A DNA stretch of 64,000 nt from Chitinophagales bacterium (lineage in GTDB: Bacteria; Bacteroidota; Bacteroidia; Chitinophagales; LD1), in NCBI GenBank assembly GCA_044226285.1, contig JBGAHI010000009.1, forward strand, positions 69,014 through 133,013. The letters are read 5' to 3'. A program made the position numbers and the translations under genes. Position 1 is the stretch's first letter, and each line of letters opens with the position of its first letter. Positions 43,300 through 53,273 of this stretch are shown here, piece by piece. The notes under the pieces were generated by a model. It ran no database searches. It was not told the DNA's origin and saw only the letters and a list, made by a program, of their open reading frames with translations.

Positions 43300-44391
43300 T
43301 TATCCTTTGTGTTTAGCTTGTTCAATTCTTTCTTTAGCAATAATAATAGCCGTTTCTTGCGGTGTAGAATTCTCGTTTCTGGCACGCTCCAATACTTGGT
43401 ATGTTTTCTCGTAAATCTTCTCCACTAATGCATTGGTTTCCGTATCCGATAAGCCTTTTACTTCTTTGTAACAGTTGATTACCCCTCCACCATTGATTAA
43501 GAAATCCGGTGCATAATGTATGCCTCTGTCTTTCAACATTTGGCCGTGAATCAATTCATCTGCTAATTGATTATTCGCAGCTCCGGCAATAATTTCGCAT
43601 TTCAATTTTGGAATGGAATCGGAATTCACTGTTGCACCTAGTGCACATGGTGCATATATATCGGTATCTACATCAAAAATTGATTGAGGTTCAACAACCG
43701 TTACATTGTGCTTTTGCGTAACGGCTTCAATGTTTGTGGCATTAATATCGGCAATGGTAATAATGGCATTTTCTTTGGCGAGATGATCAATCAAAAATTG
43801 ACCAACATGTCCAACACCTTGAATTAATATTTTCTTCCCACTCAAACTATCGCTGCCTGTAGCGAATTTAGTAGCGGCTTTCATGCCCAAGTAAACACCG
43901 AAAGCTGTGAAGGGGGAGGGGTCGCCTGCACCGCCCATTTCTATAGGTTTACCTGAAACATGCTTTGTTTTTTGCATGATATAGGCAATCTCTTTCGTTG
44001 AGGTACCTACATCTTCAGCTGTAATATACTTTCCGTTTAAACTCTCTACAAACTCACCAAATCGAGCCCAGAATTTTTCGGTTCTTAAGTTTTTGTCGCT
44101 GTTGATGATTATACTTTTTCCGCCACCTAAATTAATACCATTGATAGACGATTTGTAGGTCATTCCTCTCGATAGACGCAGCACATCCCAAAGTGCTTCT
44201 GTTTCATTAGCATAATTCCAAATTCTGCAACCTCCAAGGGCAGGCCCTAAAGTGGTATCGTGAACAGCAATAATTCCTTTTAAACCGGTTTCTTTATCGT
44301 TGAAATAGAGAATTTGCTCATGCTCGTAAGCTTGCATTTGGGCAAGAATATCAGAAGTTGGTTGTTTAAACAAAGATGAAGTTGTACTCAT
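43300..44391 (-). CDS. Leu/Phe/Val dehydrogenase (Glu/Leu/Phe/Val dehydrogenase family)
   Basis: 363 aa. It has the catalytic Lys motif GINLGGGKSII and the NAD fold ILIQGVGHVG. Its stop abuts the nusB start. Confidence 0.9.
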   Translation of the reverse strand: MSTTSSLFKQPTSDILAQMQAYEHEQILYFNDKETGLKGIIAVHDTTLGPALGGCRIWNYANETEALWDVLRLSRGMTYKSSINGINLGGGKSIIINSDKNLRTEKFWARFGEFVESLNGKYITAEDVGTSTKEIAYIMQKTKHVSGKPIEMGGAGDPSPFTAFGVYLGMKAATKFATGSDSLSGKKILIQGVGHVGQFLIDHLAKENAIITIADINATNIEAVTQKHNVTVVEPQSIFDVDTDIYAPCALGATVNSDSIPKLKCEIIAGAANNQLADELIHGQMLKDRGIHYAPDFLINGGGVINCYKEVKGLSDTETNALVEKIYEKTYQVLERARNENSTPQETAIIIAKERIEQAKHKG

Positions 44392-44433
44392 GGCATCAGT
44401 TATCAGAACGCAAATATGGTAGATTATTTGGTA

Positions 44434-45288
44434 TTAATAAGCGTTCCCTCGATTAAAGAAATAATGAACTCCTGCTTGTAGTCCAATTCTGAAATTTCTT
44501 GATTTCTGATAGGTTAAGTCATTTTTACTGTACCAATCTATGGTTTTAAGGAATTTACCGTTTAAATCAGTTAATCCGATGTAAGTGGGCAATCCAACAG
44601 AAATAACTAACCATTCTTTGGGATATACATCAAGTCCTAAATTGAGCAGGAGACCGGCATCTATTTTTTGGAATTTTTGATCGATTGTATACTTCTTAGC
44701 ATCTATAGATTCAACATTATTAACATATACCGTTTCAGTTCCGGATGTTCTGATACCGATCTGGGGGCCTGCCATCACAAAAAAATTGGTTCTTTCATCC
44801 AAACGGCATTGATACTTAAGCATTAATGGGATTTGAACATACTGTAATTTAACTACCCTACGAACATTCACATACCGTATAACACCAACATAATTTGGGT
44901 TTGTTGGGTCGTTTTTGGCCACAGGTCCAAGAAAGTCATCATCATATTTCTGACCGGCCCAACTAAATGAAGGTTCTATCTGTATCCCCCAGTTTTTGTG
45001 AAACTGGTAGCCAAGTTCAATGCCTAAATTCCCTCCCCATGTGAAAACATAATCCATCTCCGACTGACGAACAATCGGCTCGTTGAATAAATTTAGTGTA
45101 TTGTAGTTGTTTTGATTGAAAATCCACGAACTGTTGAATGACCCCACTACACCAATATGTAGTCCTTTGCGCAAAGCACCGTCCCAATTGCTCGTCCATT
45201 GCGACTTTCTGTAGCTGTATTGCGCAGAAGAGTCACTAGAGAAAGCAAAAATCAGAACAATGGTTAAGAGAAATGCGTTTTTAATCAT
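44434..45288 (-). CDS. Outer-membrane beta-barrel protein (porin-family/PorT-like fold)
   Basis: 284 aa with a signal peptide, alternating beta-strand pattern and a C-terminal aromatic residue (...RGNAY). Confidence 0.7.
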   Translation of the reverse strand: MIKNAFLLTIVLIFAFSSDSSAQYSYRKSQWTSNWDGALRKGLHIGVVGSFNSSWIFNQNNYNTLNLFNEPIVRQSEMDYVFTWGGNLGIELGYQFHKNWGIQIEPSFSWAGQKYDDDFLGPVAKNDPTNPNYVGVIRYVNVRRVVKLQYVQIPLMLKYQCRLDERTNFFVMAGPQIGIRTSGTETVYVNNVESIDAKKYTIDQKFQKIDAGLLLNLGLDVYPKEWLVISVGLPTYIGLTDLNGKFLKTIDWYSKNDLTYQKSRNFRIGLQAGVHYFFNRGNAY

Positions 45289-45336
45289 ATCCTTTTAAAT
45301 TCGTCCATAAATCTAAAAAATAAACCGCTAAGACAA

Positions 45337-46119
45337 ATGTTTCAAACATTTTCGCACAGAATTAAAAGCTGGTTGTGGTTTCAAAAAAGCGCACAAACGC
45401 GGTATTATATTCATTCTCCATATGTGTTTGAGTTTTATTGTAAGGTATTGGATGAGCCTTTTGATGAAGCCTGTTCTTCGATTGAGACCCTTTGGATGCA
45501 AATAAAAAGCAACGATAGTCCGATTCAAATCGAAGATTTTGGTGCGAAAAAAGGGACTTACACAAGTTCATTAAGTTATTTAGCCAAAAATGTAGCCATT
45601 CAACCGAAGTATGGAAAAGTTCTCCACCATTTCTTAAAATGGAATGAAGCAACTTATGTACTTGAACTAGGAACTTCTCTTGGTTTTGGATCTGCTTATA
45701 TGGCTGCTGCGAAGCCCGGCATAGAACTCACTACTATTGATGCTTCTGCTTCCGTTCAAAATTACGCCAAAACTTATCATCAAGCTTTGGGATTGAAAAA
45801 TATTACATACATCAACGCACAATTTGATGATGCATTACCAAAATTATTAAACGATTTTCCTCGACTAGATGTGGTTTACATTGACGGTAACCATACTTAT
45901 GAAGCTACATTGCGTTACTTCAACCTATTGTTGCCCCAATGCACAGCAAATACAGTTTTAATTTTTGACGATATCTATTGGAGCAAAGCCATGACGGATG
46001 CTTGGACCACCATCAAGCAAAACGAAAAAGTGCGTTTAACTATTGATGTCTTTCAATTAGGTTTTGTGTTCTTTAGAACCGAACGTTTAGCTAAAGAAGA
46101 TTTTGTGTTACGTTATTAG
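45337..46119 (+). CDS. Class I SAM-dependent (O-)methyltransferase
   Basis: 260 aa with SAM motif I VLELGTSLGFGSAYMA and the acidic motif VYIDGNH. Confidence 0.8.
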   Translation: MFQTFSHRIKSWLWFQKSAQTRYYIHSPYVFEFYCKVLDEPFDEACSSIETLWMQIKSNDSPIQIEDFGAKKGTYTSSLSYLAKNVAIQPKYGKVLHHFLKWNEATYVLELGTSLGFGSAYMAAAKPGIELTTIDASASVQNYAKTYHQALGLKNITYINAQFDDALPKLLNDFPRLDVVYIDGNHTYEATLRYFNLLLPQCTANTVLIFDDIYWSKAMTDAWTTIKQNEKVRLTIDVFQLGFVFFRTERLAKEDFVLRY

Positions 46120-46871
46120 TTATTCGCTATTTTGAATACTTTCTTAGCCTCCTGAAGAGCTGGGAAAGTAACCACAACAAGAAAAGAATTGCTTCCTAGC
46201 CAATCTTTATTGATTATCGTTTCGTTCTCCAAATTTTCTTTTTCATACAATTTTCTACCCAAAAAATCGGTAATTAAAACATTGAACTTTGGTTCATTTA
46301 AAGATGAAACTGCAATTGTGTTTGGCGTTTGATTTACTTGAAGCCCCTCAATTGCTTGTTCTTTTTCGATTCCAACACCAACACCGGCTTCGCCCGTTTT
46401 AATACAGAAATTGGGAGAGCTCGAGAAACAAGTATTCGCAAATTCAGATCCAACAACATAATCACTCAACTCAAGATAATAGCCGGTCGGGAAATTATAT
46501 CTCATTCTTAGCCATGCACAACACAAAGCCCCATTATGCTTGATTTTTAATCCAACAAATTTTAGGGTGTTAATTGGGAAAGTAGGTGCTCTGAAAATTC
46601 CGGTGTCTTGCAAAGTATTTACACCAAGTGTTACACCACTATTATAGGCTATAATATTTCGAGATCCATCTGTTTCTACTTTTGCTCCGTTTTTGCAAAC
46701 CAAAGAGCAAGAGTTAGGGTCAAGAAGTATATCCGATATCCCATCATTGTTAATGTCGTATAAAGCTGGGGTAGTAGTTAAGTATGTTGGTGTTAAACTT
46801 GAACATTGCCCAAAACTAACAGTTGTTGATGTAACCAAAAGGAATAAAAAGGTAAGCGTTTTTTTCATCAC
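46116..46871 (-). CDS. Secreted protein of unknown function, probable T9SS cargo
   Basis: 251 aa with a signal peptide. The C-terminal ~70 aa (...VLITDFLGRKLYEKENLENETIINKDWLGSNSFLVVVTF...) resemble a degenerate T9SS type A sorting domain. Confidence 0.6.
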   Translation of the reverse strand: MMKKTLTFLFLLVTSTTVSFGQCSSLTPTYLTTTPALYDINNDGISDILLDPNSCSLVCKNGAKVETDGSRNIIAYNSGVTLGVNTLQDTGIFRAPTFPINTLKFVGLKIKHNGALCCAWLRMRYNFPTGYYLELSDYVVGSEFANTCFSSSPNFCIKTGEAGVGVGIEKEQAIEGLQVNQTPNTIAVSSLNEPKFNVLITDFLGRKLYEKENLENETIINKDWLGSNSFLVVVTFPALQEAKKVFKIANN

Positions 46872-47011
46872 ATATTTTTTTCAAAAATAGAAATTGCTCC
46901 TTTAGCTCCAACTTATTTTACAGTTATTAAAGAATAGGGATTTTTCGCTATTTGTTTCAATAGCAATATTCTAGAGGTAAAATGAATAGCGTAGAAAAGG
47001 ACGATAGGTGT

Positions 47012-47476
47012 TTAAAACATACCTTTCACCCACTCCACCACATTGATATGGAAAATGTAGTACGGAGCATAAAGCACAATCGACCAGCTTACACAGGCTA
47101 CGATCATTTGGGTAATTACTTTTCGTTTGTTGGTGGTTAAGTCCATCGCAAAGAATACGCCCACCGGAATAGAAAGGACAATTGGCGTTAGAAATGCAAT
47201 TCCCCACAATCCGAAAATCTGTTTTACACGGGCAAGAAAGCGTGTTCTTCTCGAGAATTTTTTGTTGAATTTATTCGGGAATTTTTTGATGAGCCATTGT
47301 TGTGCAAAGTCATCAATATATACAAAAGTAACGATACCTATAATACCCCCTATAAGATTTGATATTGTACCCGGAATACCCATGTTTGCTGCTATTACAG
47401 CAGAAGTTGCCAGTGAAAATTTCACTGTTGAGCCTACTAAAACGGCTAAATTGGATATAACGGTGTGAAGAATCAT
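47012..47476 (-). CDS. Small integral membrane protein of unknown function
   Basis: 154 aa with 4 predicted TM helices. Confidence 0.6.
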   Translation of the reverse strand: MILHTVISNLAVLVGSTVKFSLATSAVIAANMGIPGTISNLIGGIIGIVTFVYIDDFAQQWLIKKFPNKFNKKFSRRTRFLARVKQIFGLWGIAFLTPIVLSIPVGVFFAMDLTTNKRKVITQMIVACVSWSIVLYAPYYIFHINVVEWVKGMF

Positions 47477-47506
47477 AGATAACTGTACGAATTAAATCAA
47501 ATTAAG

Positions 47507-48175
47507 TTATCTCAAGTCAACTAATTTTACCTTTGGGAACTTTTTAACATCGAAAATAAATGAACTGTCGGGAAGTTCCGATGAAGTTACTTTCAGTGGT
47601 TTGTAAATGTAACGCGTACCGTTTTTTTCGTAGATTTTTACTTCCAAAATTTCTTTTGTCAAATCGTCAATTCCAACATCGAGTTTAAAGAACGAAGATT
47701 TTTTATTAGAAGGCGCCATTTCAATAACTGTAACCTTTTTGCCTGCCATTTGCTTTTTCTCCTTCACCTGAAATGCATAATCTGTTTCATACAAGCTAAA
47801 CAACTTGCTGGGGGAAAACACTTCATTGCTTTCGATATAATCGTTGACTTGACATTCGTTAGTTTTGCCAATGTAAGTCCAAATGTCCTTACCATTGCAA
47901 TACACTTCATTTCCGATAATCGACACCTTGAACATTTTTCCCTTTAACAACACTTTCCCGTTTTGAACTTCCGTATATTTTGAATCGGGTTCATCGGCTT
48001 TCAATTTCGGACGAATCATCGTCAACTGAAAATCGGCAGTGATAGCCGGAAAGGCTTTATATTTCTGCGAGGAGCTCTTCAGTAATGCAGCTGCTTCCGG
48101 ATCCGAAATAGTGGAACTCTTTTGCGCTGTTGCTCCCAACGCAATAAGGCAAAAAAATAGAATACTTGTTCTCAT
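47507..48175 (-). CDS. lolA: Outer-membrane lipoprotein carrier protein LolA-like
   Basis: The ATG at 48175 gives MRTSILFFCLIALGATAQ.... The size, sequence pattern and position directly downstream of ftsK are typical for Bacteroidota lolA. Confidence 0.75.
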   Translation of the reverse strand: MRTSILFFCLIALGATAQKSSTISDPEAAALLKSSSQKYKAFPAITADFQLTMIRPKLKADEPDSKYTEVQNGKVLLKGKMFKVSIIGNEVYCNGKDIWTYIGKTNECQVNDYIESNEVFSPSKLFSLYETDYAFQVKEKKQMAGKKVTVIEMAPSNKKSSFFKLDVGIDDLTKEILEVKIYEKNGTRYIYKPLKVTSSELPDSSFIFDVKKFPKVKLVDLR

Positions 48176-48238
48176 GGTTTGAATCTGCTTAAATATATAT
48201 GGAATGGCATAAAATCCATGCCAAAACGCATGAGCCAT

Positions 48239-50749
48239 TTATTTCTCGCGCAACTTTAGCAAAATTTGTTCTAATTCCAGTTCGGTTTTTACACGAACTT
48301 CTCTCGATTTACTGCCCAAATTTTCACCTACAATACCTGCTGCCTCCAATTGATCCATTAAGCGACCGGCACGGTTATAACCCAGTTTTAATCTGCGTTG
48401 AATTAAAGACGTTGAACCAATTTGATTTTGTACAATCACTCTTGCTGCATCTTCAAACATACTGTCTAAATCGCCATCGGCCATAAAATCATCTCCGGCC
48501 GATTTGTCGTTCGGGTCGATGTATTCAGGCAATAAGAATGCTTCTTGAAAGCCTTGTTGATCGCATACGTGTTTGCAGATTCTGTCAACTTCTGGTGTAT
48601 CCACAAAACCACACTGCAAACGAATGATATCGCTACCCTGAGATAACAACATATCTCCTCTACCAATCAACTGCTCAGATCCTCCTGCATCTAAAATGGT
48701 ACGTGAATCGATTTTAGAAGTGGTTTTAAAGGCGATACGCGCAGGGAAGTTGGCTTTGATAGTTCCGGTGATGATATTCACGGAGGGACGTTGAGTAGCC
48801 AAAATTAAGTGAATCCCAATCGCTCGTGCTAACTGTGCCAAACGGGCAATCGGCATCTCAACTTCTTTTCCCGCAGTCATAATCAAATCGGCAAACTCAT
48901 CTACAACTAAAACGATGTACGGAAGAAATTGATGCCCGTTATTCGGATTTAATTGTCGGTTCAAAAACTTGTGATTGTATTCTTTCAAATTTCGCACACT
49001 CGCTTTTTTCAGTAGCTCATAACGATTATCCATCTCTAAACACAAGGCATTCAAGGTGGTTACCACTTTTTTGGTATCAGTGATAATCGCATCTTCTTCA
49101 CCCGGAAGTTTAGCCAAGAAATGTTTTTCTAATGTTTCGTATAAACTCAACTCCACTTTTTTCGGATCCACCATCACAAACTTCAATTGCGAAGGATGTT
49201 TCTTATATAACAACGAAACTAAAATCGCATTAATACCAACGGATTTACCTTGTCCTGTTGCACCAGCCATCAATAAGTGCGGCATTTTCGATAAGTCGGC
49301 TACAATAATTTCATTGGATATCGTTTTACCCAAACAAATCGGTAAATCGGCTGTGGTATTCTGGAATTTCTCCGATTGCAACAGCGAACGCATTGAAACA
49401 ATTTCCTTGTTCACATTCGGTACCTCAATACCAATAGTGCCTTTACCAGGAATAGGTGCAATGATACGAATGCCAAGGGCTGCAAGACTCAATGCAATAT
49501 CGTCTTCCAAGTTTTTAATCTTAGAAATACGCACTCCGGCAGCAGGTACAATTTCGTACAATGTAACGGTAGGACCAACGGTTGCTTTAATCTTTGAAAT
49601 CTCAATCGAGTAATTATTCAGCGTTGAAACAATTTGATTCTTGTTGCGCTCTAATTCTTCAGGATCTATCTTAATTTTCTCGTTACCGTGTTCATCCAAA
49701 TATTCCAATTTCGGAAACACATAATTCGATAACGATAGGGTAGGGTCGTAGTTGGTGCCAATACTGCCTAGCGTTTCGCCTTTATCTTCTTGCTTAATTT
49801 CGGCTACTTGCAGGTCGAGTGCATCATCATCTTCTGTCTCCAATTCTAGATCCAGATTCTTGGTAGGTTTTTTACTGATGGGAGGAGCAGCATTGTTGAT
49901 TAATTCCATTTCTAAGTCGGCTTCTTCCTCTTCCTCAGGCACTTCTTCAGGGAATGAAGGTTCAGGAGCTACGTCTTTAATTTTATCTTTACCGAAGATG
50001 TTTTCGTCCTCATCCACAAATGCAGGAACTATAGGCGCTCCGTTGCCTTTTCCTAAATCGCCCTCCATCTTTTTTGTTGGCGTTATGTGTTTTCCGAAAT
50101 CGTAATTAAAGGCCCATATTAATACGAGTAACGAATAAGCAACAAGAATGGCCGCAACACCAATGGGTTTCAATAGTCCGGTGAGTATACCTTCGCTACC
50201 GGTAAGGTAATTGCCAAAGCCTCCGCCCCAGTTAATCACTGAATCGGGAACGGTAAGCGAATTGATAAAGGCTAAAAGAGCGGAAACCCAAACCAGTGCT
50301 ACAAATCCGTACACAAACCATTTTAATAATTTGAAGCTGGATTTAGCGAAAAACAAATTAAAGCCAAATACAAAGCTGAGTATAGCTAATAGGTAGGCTC
50401 CGAATCCAAATAATCGCTCTACTAAGAGGTAAGAAAGCAAAGCACCGATGCGTCCCATGCTATTACTTACCTTCGCGCCATTATCCATTAATGCAGCTCC
50501 GGCTCGGTTGTTTATTTCCGATTGATCGGCTGCGGCACTGAAAATATGGGATGTAATTGCCACCAGTACTATAAACGAAAATATCAGCAAGCCTAAGCCT
50601 ATCGTTTTCGAAATCCGCCCATCGTTCCACCATTTAAGCTCTTCAGTAGTATCGACCTCATTACTAGCTCCTTTTTTAGCACTTGGCGCAGCGTTTTCCT
50701 CGGTAGGGACTTTTCTTTTTCTTTCCTTTTTTGGTTCTGTATTTTCCAT
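48239..50749 (-). CDS. ftsK: DNA translocase FtsK/SpoIIIE
   Basis: 836 aa counted from ATG 50749 (the track TTG start is at 50767). It has N-terminal TM helices, an acidic linker, Walker A GATGQGKSV and a C-terminal gamma winged-helix domain. Confidence 0.95.
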   Translation of the reverse strand: MENTEPKKERKRKVPTEENAAPSAKKGASNEVDTTEELKWWNDGRISKTIGLGLLIFSFIVLVAITSHIFSAAADQSEINNRAGAALMDNGAKVSNSMGRIGALLSYLLVERLFGFGAYLLAILSFVFGFNLFFAKSSFKLLKWFVYGFVALVWVSALLAFINSLTVPDSVINWGGGFGNYLTGSEGILTGLLKPIGVAAILVAYSLLVLIWAFNYDFGKHITPTKKMEGDLGKGNGAPIVPAFVDEDENIFGKDKIKDVAPEPSFPEEVPEEEEEADLEMELINNAAPPISKKPTKNLDLELETEDDDALDLQVAEIKQEDKGETLGSIGTNYDPTLSLSNYVFPKLEYLDEHGNEKIKIDPEELERNKNQIVSTLNNYSIEISKIKATVGPTVTLYEIVPAAGVRISKIKNLEDDIALSLAALGIRIIAPIPGKGTIGIEVPNVNKEIVSMRSLLQSEKFQNTTADLPICLGKTISNEIIVADLSKMPHLLMAGATGQGKSVGINAILVSLLYKKHPSQLKFVMVDPKKVELSLYETLEKHFLAKLPGEEDAIITDTKKVVTTLNALCLEMDNRYELLKKASVRNLKEYNHKFLNRQLNPNNGHQFLPYIVLVVDEFADLIMTAGKEVEMPIARLAQLARAIGIHLILATQRPSVNIITGTIKANFPARIAFKTTSKIDSRTILDAGGSEQLIGRGDMLLSQGSDIIRLQCGFVDTPEVDRICKHVCDQQGFQEAFLLPEYIDPNDKSAGDDFMADGDLDSMFEDAARVIVQNQIGSTSLIQRRLKLGYNRAGRLMDQLEAAGIVGENLGSKSREVRVKTELELEQILLKLREK

Positions 50750-50841
50750 CTTGCCAAATGTCTTCAATAGTTTCAGACTAATAGCTATTTGCGATTTGGT
50801 AATTGTAAACAGTGATTGTGAAAATGTATAGTATAATGAAG

Positions 50842-50871
50842 TTGTTTGTTTTCAAAAAAAATATACATTTG
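50842..50871 (+). promoter_or_regulatory. Bacteroidota sigma-A-type promoter for tRNA-Leu (-33 TTG, -7 TACATTTG)
   Basis: TTG at 50842..50844 and an exact TAnnTTTG at 50864..50871, with 19-nt spacing. It ends 22 nt upstream of the mature tRNA 5' end. Confidence 0.5.
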
Positions 50872-50893
50872 CAATCCGAAACGCGAAATCAAT

Positions 50894-50978
50894 GCCTCAG
50901 TGGCGGAATTGGTAGACGCGCTCGACTCAAAATCGAGTGTTGAAAGACGTGGGGGTTCGATTCCCTCCTGGGGTACCA
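50894..50978 (+). tRNA. tRNA-Leu (anticodon CAA), encoded CCA end
   Basis: Hand-folded cloverleaf. The acceptor stem is GCCTCAG/CTGGGGT (with G1-U72 and U4-G69 wobbles) and the D arm is GCGGAATTGGTAGACGC. The anticodon stem-loop is CTCGA-CTCAAAA-TCGAG. It has a long variable arm and the T arm GGGGG-TTCGATT-CCCTC. Confidence 0.9.
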
Positions 50979-50980
50979 AA

Positions 50981-51010
50981 AAAAGACCGTGAAAATTCAC
51001 GGTCTTTTTT
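50981..51010. terminator. Bidirectional rho-independent terminator
   Basis: AAAAGACCGTG-AAAATT-CACGGTCTTTT with A-run and T-run flanks. It serves the tRNA (+) and the convergent 51028..51879 gene (-). Confidence 0.8.
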
Positions 51011-51027
51011 ATTTCTAGTCGTTATGT

Positions 51028-51879
51028 TCAGCTTTCATATTCATTCAGCATACAACACTTCTTATACTTTTTCCCACTGCCGCAAGGGCATGGATCATTA
51101 CGTTCTACTTTAATTTTATCTTTTCCGAAGTTAGCTTTGTGCTGAAAATCGTAGGTTTCAGCCGGATCTTGTAAAAACGTTCGACTTAATAATGCATACA
51201 CTTCCGGATGCTCCTCTAGTAGTTTCTCAGGCCGCTCGAAAAAATATTCTGAGCAAACAGTTAAAAACTCTTGTTCATTTGTTGCTCCATAAGCACGAAT
51301 TGTAGAATCATCGGCTTTGATGTTCGCCATTTCATCTTCAGCCACTTTCAACCAGAGTTTGATTAATTCATCCGACATAAAATGCGTTGGCAATCCATCC
51401 AATACGCCATCTGCACTGTCGAGTATATGCACAAATTCATGAATACCAACGTTGCTCTTATCGTTGTTGTTTTTGAAACCTTGTATCAACGCACTTTCTG
51501 AAAGATACATGTCTGTAAATTGTCCGTTGTAGCGCACTTCACCTAGGGTAAATCCACTTTCAAACTTTGAAACAGCGGCTTTAACAATCACTACTTTCGA
51601 TAGCTGATTTTTGTAATGAAAGGCGTGCCCAAATGTTACAATAACAGCCGAACTGGCTACGAGTATTTCAACTAATCGTGTTGGATTTACCTCTTCAAAA
51701 TGAATGGGTACATGCACTAAAAAAGCAGATACTTGTTGCTCAAAATCGGTTTTTCGATGCTCAGGCAATTGGGTGTAATAGAATACATGCTTTTGCAAAA
51801 GCGCTATATCTTCAATACTTAACGGATCTCCACTGAATGAATTGCTTCCAAATAAGTTGCTGATAAAATCTCCTAACAT
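51028..51879 (-). CDS. MtfA-like (M90) zinc metallopeptidase fused to a C-terminal SEC-C motif
   Basis: 283 aa. It has HExxH in GIHEFVHILD, the M90-type C-terminal block EFLTVCSEYFFERPEKLLEEHPEVYALLSRTFLQDP, and ends with CPCGSGKKYKKCC. Confidence 0.75.
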   Translation of the reverse strand: MLGDFISNLFGSNSFSGDPLSIEDIALLQKHVFYYTQLPEHRKTDFEQQVSAFLVHVPIHFEEVNPTRLVEILVASSAVIVTFGHAFHYKNQLSKVVIVKAAVSKFESGFTLGEVRYNGQFTDMYLSESALIQGFKNNNDKSNVGIHEFVHILDSADGVLDGLPTHFMSDELIKLWLKVAEDEMANIKADDSTIRAYGATNEQEFLTVCSEYFFERPEKLLEEHPEVYALLSRTFLQDPAETYDFQHKANFGKDKIKVERNDPCPCGSGKKYKKCCMLNEYES

Positions 51880-52298
51880 TCTTCCTTAGTTAATCTTGTC
51901 GCAATGTATCCACCTAAAAATCCCATAGGTAAATACGCGCCAACCAAATCCGTAATGGTAAACCAAGTGGGTGATGGCAACATGAAGATATTCATAATTC
52001 CTCCAATCATGAACCAAGTTGCAATAAGCAGAGCGTACATCATTTTCTGATTTGGAACAATATAGGCCGTAATACATGAACCTACTAAAGTTCCTAAGGA
52101 GTGTGCGAGAAACGGCATCAGAAAATGCTTTGGCTCCATCAAATGCATAGCGGCTTTGAGACCTTCTATTGTTTTTAAATCTGTTCCTTCAGGGGGAGGG
52201 ATAATATGGCTACTCACCATGATAATAGCCATGTTAAGCGCTCCACCAATAAAGGCACCTGCTAATATGGCTAAACTGTTTTTCAGTATTGGATGCAT
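51873..52298 (-). CDS. Small integral membrane protein of unknown function
   Basis: 141 aa with 4 TM helices. Its stop overlaps the start of the M90/SEC-C gene by 7 nt. Confidence 0.6.
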   Translation of the reverse strand: MHPILKNSLAILAGAFIGGALNMAIIMVSSHIIPPPEGTDLKTIEGLKAAMHLMEPKHFLMPFLAHSLGTLVGSCITAYIVPNQKMMYALLIATWFMIGGIMNIFMLPSPTWFTITDLVGAYLPMGFLGGYIATRLTKEEC

Positions 52299-52304
52299 GT
52301 TACA

Positions 52305-52589
52305 TTAATTTGTTTTTCCGAAATGGTTCATCGTAAACAAGGCTATAGATGTACAGAATGCAATCAGTACAATAAATCCAACTACTTGTATTATTGCAGA
52401 CTTGTCTTTAATTTGACGATGGAACAGAAAGCCTATAATTGCGCCAAGTGCGCCTAACAATGCAGAATAAAGAATTGGCGTTCCTGATGGTCCTGCCAAT
52501 ACATCAGCCAGTTTTGACAAAATAAGTATGGGCGGTAAAATAAATAGGATGTATACAATTTGCGTTTTCTTATCCGGTGTTTGACTCAT
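52305..52589 (-). CDS. Small integral membrane protein of unknown function
   Basis: 94 aa with 3 TM helices, 6 nt upstream of the next gene. Confidence 0.55.
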   Translation of the reverse strand: MSQTPDKKTQIVYILFILPPILILSKLADVLAGPSGTPILYSALLGALGAIIGFLFHRQIKDKSAIIQVVGFIVLIAFCTSIALFTMNHFGKTN

Positions 52590-52682
52590 GCTTTCAGTTT
52601 TAAATTGTTCTCTAATTTGAAAATAAAGAAAAATAAAATGCTTGTTTACGGCATTCTTTAAAATAAGGGAATATCTATTTTC

Positions 52683-53177
52683 TCAACTTTCTAATGCCTT
52701 CTTCGTTTGCGAAACCCATCGGGGTGCATCGTTAATTCCTTGGCGTAGCAACAAGTTCAATTGCGCAGCATGATGTTGCACATGCCGCATATTATATAAT
52801 AACAATTCAAATATCGTGAAACTTCGATATTCGTTTTTCCAAATCTGATTTGCTGTTTCATCGGTAAGACTTGCAATCAGAGTATGGCATTTTGTTCGGC
52901 AGTATTCCAAGTAGGTGAGCAGTTCTTCTTTAGAATATACTCTTTCAGGCATTGTTGCCGATTCAAATTCAGATAGCGTAAATGGAGCCAGAGGAGCGAA
53001 GGTTGTAGGATCCGGAGTCAAATAATGATCTAGCCAAAATAGAGTATGATAACTGATATACCAAAAGAGGGAAGGGGTGTTCCATAAATCATCCGGACAT
53101 TGCTTTATCGCATTCTCCAGCATATCTATACTGGCTCCAAACTGTTTCCAGAGCGATGCTTTAAGGGTTGGGTTCAT
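52683..53177 (-). CDS. DinB-family protein
   Basis: 164 aa. It is a four-helix-bundle-type sequence with His triad candidates (...YHTLFWLDHY..., ...MRHVQHHAAQL...). Confidence 0.7.
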   Translation of the reverse strand: MNPTLKASLWKQFGASIDMLENAIKQCPDDLWNTPSLFWYISYHTLFWLDHYLTPDPTTFAPLAPFTLSEFESATMPERVYSKEELLTYLEYCRTKCHTLIASLTDETANQIWKNEYRSFTIFELLLYNMRHVQHHAAQLNLLLRQGINDAPRWVSQTKKALES

Positions 53178-53273
53178 GGTTATTTTTTTAGGCTCATTTT
53201 CCCAATATTACCGAATTCTTACTAATTCAGTTCACTTTATTGAGTAACAAATACCTTTACAAAAAAATAAAAC

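Noticed and set aside
50894-53177. The tRNA-Leu flank as an integration site for a genomic islet
   Set aside because: There is no integrase or recombinase gene and no visible direct repeat of the tRNA 3' end downstream. The composition is similar to the surroundings, and the flanking genes are on the opposite strand behind a shared terminator.
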